A stretch of 64,000 nucleotides of DNA from an uncultured Candidatus Saccharibacteria bacterium (GTDB taxonomy: Bacteria > Patescibacteriota > Dojkabacteria > J137), in assembly GCA_964607415.1 (NCBI GenBank), contig CAZSKK010000001.1, positions 333,469 through 397,468 of the forward strand. The letters run 5' to 3'. The notes under the pieces were generated by a model, which worked only from the letters and a program-made list of their open reading frames with translations, was not told where the DNA came from and did no database searches. Numbering within the stretch: position 1 is the first letter of the stretch; every line of letters begins with the position of its first letter. Of this stretch, positions 56,582-64,000 are shown in pieces. The position numbers were made by a program, and so were the translations under genes.

Positions 56582-56744
56582 GCTACAAGCGCGACTCAGG
56601 TTAAAGGTTTGTGCAGTATGAGTCACGATATGTCGGGAATTGCAATACAAATCCGTCAACATCATGTGTCTACTTCGAATTTTTTCGAAGTGACAGTAAT
56701 TAAGAAATTTTTTCTTATTATGCCTTGTTCCTTATACCTTACTT

Positions 56745-57518
56745 TTATTTCACCTTCTTAACCTCTCCACTTCCTGAAATATTCTGGCTGAAATTATCAG
56801 GATCACCTTTGTAGGAGATTTTCCCACTACCTGAAATATTTATATCTAACTTCTTTTCGGCTGAAATTTCTGCTTCAGCTGAACCACTTACATCTATTTC
56901 CGTTTCTTTTGTCTCTAAGTCTAATGCTAAATATTTTCCGGATCCACTTATATTTATGTCTTGTTTATCTGCAACTCCAAAAAGTGTAAGTTCACCGCTA
57001 CCACTAATATCGACATTAAGCTCTTTTATTTTTACCTCCAACTCGACGACTCCGGACCCGTTAATATCAACTTTTAGCTTATCTGTATTTAAAACGTAGT
57101 TATTTGCACCCTTAAAACTAGCCGAGCCATTAACTTTTAGCTCTTCTAAATCTGTGGTTGTTATTTTTATTCTGATTTTGTCCGATGGTTTATAGTTCTT
57201 TGAAAAAATCATTGCTATGTCATTTTTGAAATCGATAACAAGTCTTCTTCCTGAAACATTAGCTTCTATTCCTTTGATAATATTATCATCTGATTCAATT
57301 TCAATTTTTTCTTTCGAACCTTCTTCAATAACAACTTCCGCTGGTATATTAACAGTAACCTTTCTAAAAATCTTAAGATTTCTTGATTCAGACTCTATAA
57401 TTCCTGAACCTTTAACAGTATTAGCTTTAGAATAAATATAAAGTCCAAAAACTACTGCAGAAAGAAGAAAACAAAAAATACTTAAAAGTACTATTAAAAC
57501 AATGCTGACTTTTTTCAT
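56745..57518 (-). CDS. Head GIN domain (DUF2807) putative adhesin
   Basis: N-terminal TM, VKGSGII and repeated I(S/N)GSG beta-helix units. Confidence 0.85.
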   Translation of the reverse strand: MKKVSIVLIVLLSIFCFLLSAVVFGLYIYSKANTVKGSGIIESESRNLKIFRKVTVNIPAEVVIEEGSKEKIEIESDDNIIKGIEANVSGRRLVIDFKNDIAMIFSKNYKPSDKIRIKITTTDLEELKVNGSASFKGANNYVLNTDKLKVDINGSGVVELEVKIKELNVDISGSGELTLFGVADKQDINISGSGKYLALDLETKETEIDVSGSAEAEISAEKKLDINISGSGKISYKGDPDNFSQNISGSGEVKKVK

Positions 57519-57906
57519 ACTGAAAGTATTGATAATAACTAGAATGTAGTATTAGTATAGAATATAGACAAATTTAAAGCAATTTGAGGTCAATCTGAAG
57601 TATAAAGCTAGAAATCTTTAGCTTTAGGCATTGGGTTTTAGTTTTGTTGCTTGGGGCCCCTTGCAACAGTTCAACAAGATTGTATTTTTTATGGTTCGCG
57701 TACATCTTCAACCTTGTTTTGAACTTACAAATGTTAACAATTACAAAAAATCTGGTCAATGAAATTGTGAAGAGAATATGATATGTTTAAACTAGATTGG
57801 CTATATTAGCATTATATTGTAATAAGCCGTCATCATGAATTCATTTCAGGATCTTGCGTTAATCCAAAAAATGCCATACCAAGTTTAGCATGGTGTCTTT
57901 CTTTTG

Positions 57907-59931
57907 TTAGTACTTTCTCAAACTTTCAATACTTGTTTGTTCTGGAGCTACTTTTCTTTCAACTTGAACTGGTTTTTGATTTGTATACAAAGGCATTCCA
58001 AAACTAAATACACTGCCTTCCCCGACTTTACTTTGAACATCTAAAATTCCTTCCATTATCCTTATAAGATTGAATGAAACGTAAAGTCCTAGACCGGTAC
58101 CACCTGGTCTCACAATTGATGCTGGATCGCCTGGATCTCCTGTATACTGCTTTGCACGAAAGAACTTTCTTCCAAGCTTTTTTAAATCCTGCTCATCAAT
58201 ACCGATCCCAGAATCTCTAACATGCACCCAACCAAAGTTATCCTTAACTTCAACAGATATTTCTACAAAACCTTTAGGAGTGTATTTAATTGCGTTTCCA
58301 ATAAAGTTATCTGCAACTTCTTGAATTCTTGTTCTATCGCAGTAAACAAATACGTCCTTTTCTGGCTTTTGATACTTAATTTCAAGGCCTCGCTTAATTG
58401 CTTGACCTTTTAAAGCTTCCAACGAATCATTAATAACATCCAAAAGATCAACCTTTTCAATAGCCAATTGAAAGCCTTTGCTGTCTGCTTTTGTTGCAGA
58501 AAGAAGTGTTTCAATAAGGTTAATTTCTCGTTTTGCAGATTCAATTGCTGCATCTACATATTTTTGTTGTTTATCTAAAGGAATAGAACCTTCCTTTTTT
58601 AAGTGAAGCTCCATCATGCCTAAAGCATTTCTAACAATAGACATTGGAGTTCGAAGTTCATGTCCCATAATGTCAATCATATCCCGTTCACGCTCGCGGG
58701 CAATTTGAAGTTCGCTTAGTGCTATCTCCAGATTATTTTTAACTCTTTCAACTTCTGTAAATAATCTTGCATTTTCTAGTGCAATACCAATTTGAGTTGT
58801 ATATGTTTGCAATAGTTGCTTTTGATTTTCTTCCAATTCTTCAGACCCTTTATCCTTTATCAGATAACCTATTGTTCCTACAATTCTGCCCCTAGAAAAT
58901 ACTGGATACACTGCTATGGATTTTACGTTTATAATTCTAAGAAGTGGTGTTATCAATGTTTTTGGAATTGGTGGTGAAAAAGCATTTATAAGGTCATTAG
59001 AAAACTGCGGTTCCCCTGAAAGGATAGCTTTCACAGTAGGCGTTCCAACTGCAGCTGGGTCTTTTACAAAAGTTTCATATTTTTTAAAGTCTCCCAGTAA
59101 ATTTCTTGCAGCATCTGAAATTCTGTTTCTTGTTAATGCTTTGACTGTAATTGAACCTTCTAAAGAGTCGTAATCAGTAAGAATACCACCTATCATCATT
59201 TGATCTTGTGGCAAAGAATCAACAGCAGTTTGACTTACTACATCAGGATCCAATGATTTACTGATTTGAGAAGTTAGGTTGTAGAGGGAGGCAAGTTCAT
59301 TTGCCTTCAAACGTATAGTATGGAGCTGATTATTTTTTTCTTCGAAAGATTGAGCATTGAAAATGGCGATTGCAACTTGAGATGAATAGATTTTTAATAA
59401 ATCAAAGTCGGAACTAAAAGATTCATCTTTTAGCTTAGTAAACATTATTACACCTAAACAGTCAGTTCTGTATATTAATGGTAATGACACAATTCTTTTT
59501 GTTCTGCTTAGATTCTGCAAAATGTTTGCAACATTAGACGTTATTGTAGGAACAATAAAATCTGCAAGATTCTCAGATTCCTTAATTTCTTTGTCTAAAA
59601 ATGTTCTAACAATAAAGTTGGATTTTTCTGCAATAGAAACATTAAGACTATCAAATGATCCACCAATAAGCCTTTTCGTAAGCAAGTTATTAATAGCCTT
59701 ATTAGTAAATGTCTTACTATAAATTTTTTGCGCTTTATCATTATATAAAAAAACTACCGCACTATCATACTTCAGTTTATTTACAATTATATCCACAGAC
59801 TTTTGTAATATTTCGTCAAGGCTTAAGCTAGTACCTATCAAATTGCCAACGTCAATAACAGCAGCGTACTTAGACTGAACAATCTGGGTGTCCATTTGAC
59901 TATTTGTTATTGTTTTTCTAGAACCAAACAT
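57907..59931 (-). CDS. Cytoplasmic GAF-GAF sensor histidine kinase
   Basis: Two GAF domains ending QVAIAIFNA and QIGIALENA; GHELRTP H-box, GNAIKY, DSGIG and GGTGLGL; no TM seen. Confidence 0.92.
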   Translation of the reverse strand: MFGSRKTITNSQMDTQIVQSKYAAVIDVGNLIGTSLSLDEILQKSVDIIVNKLKYDSAVVFLYNDKAQKIYSKTFTNKAINNLLTKRLIGGSFDSLNVSIAEKSNFIVRTFLDKEIKESENLADFIVPTITSNVANILQNLSRTKRIVSLPLIYRTDCLGVIMFTKLKDESFSSDFDLLKIYSSQVAIAIFNAQSFEEKNNQLHTIRLKANELASLYNLTSQISKSLDPDVVSQTAVDSLPQDQMMIGGILTDYDSLEGSITVKALTRNRISDAARNLLGDFKKYETFVKDPAAVGTPTVKAILSGEPQFSNDLINAFSPPIPKTLITPLLRIINVKSIAVYPVFSRGRIVGTIGYLIKDKGSEELEENQKQLLQTYTTQIGIALENARLFTEVERVKNNLEIALSELQIARERERDMIDIMGHELRTPMSIVRNALGMMELHLKKEGSIPLDKQQKYVDAAIESAKREINLIETLLSATKADSKGFQLAIEKVDLLDVINDSLEALKGQAIKRGLEIKYQKPEKDVFVYCDRTRIQEVADNFIGNAIKYTPKGFVEISVEVKDNFGWVHVRDSGIGIDEQDLKKLGRKFFRAKQYTGDPGDPASIVRPGGTGLGLYVSFNLIRIMEGILDVQSKVGEGSVFSFGMPLYTNQKPVQVERKVAPEQTSIESLRKY

Positions 59932-61081
59932 TAATATTACTTCCTTTAACTATAAGAATGAGTTCGCTAAGCAATTTTTGAATATCTCCAGAGAGATTCT
60001 GTTCTAATAACAATAATATATAGAAATTTAGTACATATTCTAATATACTATCAAACTTTTCTATTTCATCAAAACTTTTAAAATCATCAATTATAGTATT
60101 AATGATCTTTTTAAATAAAGTGCATACTGCTTCCTCACCCCGTGTAAAGGTATTTAGATCATTATTGAACTTACCATCAAATACCTCTGAAAAAAGGTTA
60201 GTATCGTTTCTATCTTTATCTTGTTCATAATCAAGCATGTCATCTAGTAACACATTTAATATTCCTACACCTCTAAATGCCATAATCAGATGACTTAAGA
60301 CCTCGTAATTACTTAGCTCATTCAATTCCATATAAACAAATAGTGGAACTAGAAAACTTATGCTATCTCCTAGGAATTGAAACCAAAGCTCATGACTTTT
60401 AACCCAACCAGGAACACTTTTCCAAGATGTATTATCATATTGAAATGTAGTTTCTCTAAGCTTAATTTTTAAGGACTGCTTTTCAGATTCATCCCTAACA
60501 TGGTCAAGAGCTATAAATGTGTAATATTCAGTAAGTCTTTTATCAACAACTTCTAGTGTTTTTGTATCCATCGGTTTCTTGATATTAATAAGGTCTCTAA
60601 ACCTTATCCCTAATTTCTTGTATAAGTCATTCCAACCATTAAGAATCTGGCTTTCAAGTTGAGAATAATTTTTATTAGGGAAAATACTTTGTTGATCACC
60701 ATATAATATATTGCTTTTCATCGCTTCAAAAATGTAGAGTTGGTCATCCATATTACGTAACATTTCAATTTCACTTAGAGTATCCGCAAAGTCTACTTGG
60801 GTAAATTCTAAAATTGCAATTGCCTCTATGGTTTCCCTTTTTAACTTTTTCCCTTTTTTATATTTTTCTAATACGCTTTGAAAGTAGATAAGCGCTGCTA
60901 CAGTATGAAGTTTTTTTAACTGTACTAAATTCAATATATTCTGTTCATCGCCTAGAGCATTACTGGCAAGAGCTTTAGATTTAAGCTCTGCTGTAAATGT
61001 TTCACTTATGAAAATGTCTACCTTATCACTATAGTAGAAGTAGTGTTTGGAGCTAAGAATTTTTTCTAAAGTTTGGTTCAT
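59918..61081 (-). CDS. Class I isoprenoid synthase/prenyltransferase-like protein
   Basis: Helical-looking 387-aa protein with GILNVLLDDMLDYEQDKDRNDTN (DDxxDxxxD...N); first Asp motif degenerate (VDFADT). Confidence 0.55.
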   Translation of the reverse strand: MNQTLEKILSSKHYFYYSDKVDIFISETFTAELKSKALASNALGDEQNILNLVQLKKLHTVAALIYFQSVLEKYKKGKKLKRETIEAIAILEFTQVDFADTLSEIEMLRNMDDQLYIFEAMKSNILYGDQQSIFPNKNYSQLESQILNGWNDLYKKLGIRFRDLINIKKPMDTKTLEVVDKRLTEYYTFIALDHVRDESEKQSLKIKLRETTFQYDNTSWKSVPGWVKSHELWFQFLGDSISFLVPLFVYMELNELSNYEVLSHLIMAFRGVGILNVLLDDMLDYEQDKDRNDTNLFSEVFDGKFNNDLNTFTRGEEAVCTLFKKIINTIIDDFKSFDEIEKFDSILEYVLNFYILLLLEQNLSGDIQKLLSELILIVKGSNINVWF

Positions 61082-61839
61082 GTTTTAAGTTTACTAATTG
61101 CTATGGCAACATTTTCTGAAAAAAGTTTTAATGTTTCAAAGTCTGCTTTGAAGTCATCCGTATAAGATTTACCGTAATAAATAGCTCCTATGGATTTATC
61201 ATTTACTACTAACGGGAATGCAATCCCTGTTTTAACTCTTGCAATTCTCTCAAGCACTCGAGCTATATTTTTATTTACCGCAGGAGCTAGAAAATCTTCA
61301 TGTTTATTACTCATTTGATATGTTCTACTTATAATCGCCTTAACCATCAAATTTTTTTCCTCGTTGATCGATACTTTAATCTTTTGAATAGGTTTACCTA
61401 TAATTTTCATAGATAAATCGCTATACCAAGAATTGGTAAATGCTTTTAATACTACGCTATCATCTTCAACTAGAACTATAAAGCTTCCAAGCAAATTTAA
61501 AGTATATGCTATTTCATTTACAGCAACTTGTGCCACCTTCCCAATACTATCATATCTATGAAAAGAATTAATTGTACTAATTATGTTCATAACATATTGT
61601 CTAGTATCAATACCAAAAACTTCTGATGCTTCATTTGCATTTAGTTGCAACATATCAATTATTTTTACGAGAGTTTCCTTCGTTGGGTTCACCTCACCAT
61701 TTTCAATTCTACTAATACTCCCTGGGCTTGCGTCAATTAGGCCTTCCAACTTCATTTGGCTAAGCCCTGCTCTTAAACGGAAGTTGCGGATTTTATTGCC
61801 TAGATCGTAAGTTTTTTGCTGGATTGTGTTGGGTGTCAT
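61078..61839 (-). CDS. XRE-family HTH regulator with C-terminal GAF domain
   Basis: IRNFRLRAGLSQMKL...SISRIENGEVNPT HTH, then a GAF domain ending LFSENVAIAI. Confidence 0.88.
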   Translation of the reverse strand: MTPNTIQQKTYDLGNKIRNFRLRAGLSQMKLEGLIDASPGSISRIENGEVNPTKETLVKIIDMLQLNANEASEVFGIDTRQYVMNIISTINSFHRYDSIGKVAQVAVNEIAYTLNLLGSFIVLVEDDSVVLKAFTNSWYSDLSMKIIGKPIQKIKVSINEEKNLMVKAIISRTYQMSNKHEDFLAPAVNKNIARVLERIARVKTGIAFPLVVNDKSIGAIYYGKSYTDDFKADFETLKLFSENVAIAISKLKT

Positions 61840-62049
61840 TGTTTGTAAAGATTATATCATTCAATAAATGATAATTACTCGTACTAGATTTTCACCATGG
61901 GTTGGTCTACTTTTAATGAAAAAGTTTTTCATTGGGATTTCATTCGTTATTAGTGATTCGAATTTTGTCATTCCACAAAATGTTTTTGGTAAGTCTACCA
62001 AAAATATTTTGTGGCCGCATTGTATTGCGGTACAAATTTTGAGTGAAAT

Positions 62050-62547
62050 TTATTTTTGAAACTGCTCGTTGAAAGAAATAAGTTCCTCTGAGTTTGATAG
62101 CCAAGGGACTAAGTTAATGAGCTCTTCAGTACTACAAGGTTTTATAAACTTTACTGCGCTCTTATCATCAAGTTTTTCGTTTGTTGAAAGTTTGAGTTCG
62201 CTTGAAGTTTTTTGCAATTTAAGCATAAGCCTCACTTGCAAATATTCTTGTAAACTAAGATTCTGAGGATCATTCTCAATCAAGTAATAACCAAAAAACT
62301 GAAGTTCATCCTTATGGCTTTCAATTTTCAAATTTGTTTCCTCAAAAACTTCACGAATAGCAACCTGATCAATAGATTCGCCTTCTTCTGGATGTCCACC
62401 TGGAAACTGCCATTTATTTCCATCTTTAGAAACTAAAATGATTTTATTATCTTCTGTAACTAGCCAAACATATACTTGAAGCACTTCAATATTTTGATGT
62501 TGCCTGCCGATTTTGTTTGCAGCGAACCATTTCCTTGTTAGTTCCAT
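62050..62547 (-). CDS. NUDIX hydrolase
   Basis: GGHPEEGESIDQVAIREVFEETNL Nudix box. Confidence 0.92.
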   Translation of the reverse strand: MELTRKWFAANKIGRQHQNIEVLQVYVWLVTEDNKIILVSKDGNKWQFPGGHPEEGESIDQVAIREVFEETNLKIESHKDELQFFGYYLIENDPQNLSLQEYLQVRLMLKLQKTSSELKLSTNEKLDDKSAVKFIKPCSTEELINLVPWLSNSEELISFNEQFQK

Positions 62548-62582
62548 AGTTAAAAATTTTATAAAATCTGCATTAATTATTA

Positions 62583-64000
62583 TTACCTCCCTAATAATTC
62601 GTAATAGAAATCTTCACCGTCAATTGGCTTAGATTTCATTAATTTTAATTTTTTATTTTCTATCTTATAAGCTTGTTCTATATTTAAATCTTGCATTAAG
62701 TCAATGTCATGAGATATCAATAATATTGCTCCAGGAAAATTATTTAAAGAGTCTGTAATAATCTCTAGTGTCTCTATATCCAGATTGTTAGTCGGTTCAT
62801 CAAGAATTAATATGCTCACAGGTGAGCTAGTAATCATAGCAAATGATAACCTTGCTGTTTCGCCACCACTTAAAGTTCCAGCAAGCTTTTCAACATCCTC
62901 TGTTTGATAGAACAGTACATTTCCAAGATACCTCCTTGCCTCTTCGTAGGTTAGCAAGGGATTCGCTTTTTGCATATTTTCAATCAAAGATAAACTGGGA
63001 TCAACTATGTCGTATTTTTGACTCATATAAAGAATAGAAGCATTCTCATTTCTCCTAACTTCACCATCAACCTCAGCGCCACTACTTAAGCCTTGAATAG
63101 TTTTAACTAAAGTTGTTTTACCACTACCGTTAGGCCCAGTTATTGCAATGCGGTCACCGTACTTTACAGAAAGATTTATATTAGATATTAATGTAGTATT
63201 TCCAACTGACACCTCAACATTTTCAAGATTGATAATATTTCTCTTGCCAGCCTCAGGTTGAATTTCCAAATAAGCTTTTTTCGTTTTCCTAGTTTTTAGT
63301 TCCTCTACCTTAGTAGTTGCATCATCTATTTTCTTTGTTGCGGCACTCCCTTTTTTTCCTGCAGACTGTGATGCTTTTTCTGCAAACCATCCTTTTTCAT
63401 AAGCTGACATACTTCTGTCCGTTCTTGCTTTCTTCCCTTCCTTATTAGATCTCGCTGCTCTTTTTTCTTCAGCTTGCTTAGCTCTTCTTGCCTTTCTTAG
63501 CTCTTTTTGTGCAGCCTCTAAATCTCTTTCTCTACCGAGTGAAATAGCTTCTTTCTGTAAATCATAGTCAGTATAATTCCCTCCAAATCTTTTAATTGTT
63601 TTTTCATCTAGTTCCCAAACTTTATTTACTACTAAATCTAAAAAGAATCTGTTATGAGAAATAATTACAAAGCCACCTTCAAAATCCTCAAGAAATTCTC
63701 TTAAAATCTCAATTGATTCTATGTCTAAATGATTTGTAGGCTCATCTAGCAAAAGAATATCAGGTTTTTTTGCCAATGCTATTGCAAGATTCATTTTTAC
63801 AAGTTCTCCTCCGCTTAAAGAACTAATTGGCCTATCTAAATCCACAATAGTAAGTTTAAATTTCTGCTCCAAAATTTCTGTCACTTCCCACCATTCTTCG
63901 TGTTGAGCTTGAATTAGTTCATAGATTGGTTGATTGATTGCTACCTGATCAAAATTTAATTGGGATACAGTTGCAGATATGCCTTTAAATTTAACATCAC
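62583..64000 (-). CDS. ABC-F family ATP-binding protein; N-terminus lies beyond the window
   Basis: Two ABC domains (LSGGE...DEPTNHLD; GPNGSGKTT...LSGGE...DEPTNNLD) joined by a charged linker, no TM; the frame stays open to 64000. Confidence 0.9.
   Translation of the reverse strand, partial: DVKFKGISATVSQLNFDQVAINQPIYELIQAQHEEWWEVTEILEQKFKLTIVDLDRPISSLSGGELVKMNLAIALAKKPDILLLDEPTNHLDIESIEILREFLEDFEGGFVIISHNRFFLDLVVNKVWELDEKTIKRFGGNYTDYDLQKEAISLGRERDLEAAQKELRKARRAKQAEEKRAARSNKEGKKARTDRSMSAYEKGWFAEKASQSAGKKGSAATKKIDDATTKVEELKTRKTKKAYLEIQPEAGKRNIINLENVEVSVGNTTLISNINLSVKYGDRIAITGPNGSGKTTLVKTIQGLSSGAEVDGEVRRNENASILYMSQKYDIVDPSLSLIENMQKANPLLTYEEARRYLGNVLFYQTEDVEKLAGTLSGGETARLSFAMITSSPVSILILDEPTNNLDIETLEIITDSLNNFPGAILLISHDIDLMQDLNIEQAYKIENKKLKLMKSKPIDGEDFYYELLGR

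Noticed and set aside
57907-62059. ComQXPA-type peptide quorum system, with 61868-62059 as the peptide
   Set aside because: The kinase has no TM sensor, no small peptide gene lies between enzyme and kinase (they overlap), and the small ORF is on the opposite strand across palindromic DNA.
1-64000. CRISPR array, rRNA, prophage or IS element
   Set aside because: No regularly spaced identical repeats with unique spacers, no rRNA-like segment, and no integrase, transposase or phage structural motifs recognised.

Overview
AT-rich bacterial chromosome segment. Gene content (tandem-domain ThyX, short HrcA, short archaeal-type AspRS, Cys-rich surface protein, few recognisable Shine-Dalgarno sites, tRNA gene without CCA) suggests a Patescibacteria/CPR organism, possibly Dojkabacteria; this is inference. 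It is mostly housekeeping: pnp (partial, missed by the ORF track), cca, def, radA, phosphoketolase, malic enzyme, dnaE, rel, thyX-dcd, hrcA-grpE-orf-dnaK with two CIRCE operators, mutS, ABC transporters, proS, aspS, tRNA-Asn and asnS. The most notable signals are: (1) an unannotated, apparently leaderless poly-Asn leader peptide (MFKKANNNNNNNNS) within a four-segment transcription attenuator ahead of tRNA-Asn and asnS; (2) a coupled operon of an XRE-GAF regulator, a DDxxD isoprenoid-synthase-like protein and a soluble GAF-GAF histidine kinase with paralogous GAF domains; (3) a transcriptional proS T-box with an ultrashort stem I showing CCC in its apical loop; (4) REP-like palindromes and heptamer repeats inserted in frame into cca and radA and into the T-box; (5) an AspRS-YbaK fusion, a long pnp leader hairpin, tRNA-Asn 3' scars and a decayed four-helix-bundle gene. 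No CRISPR array, rRNA, transposase or integrase was seen.
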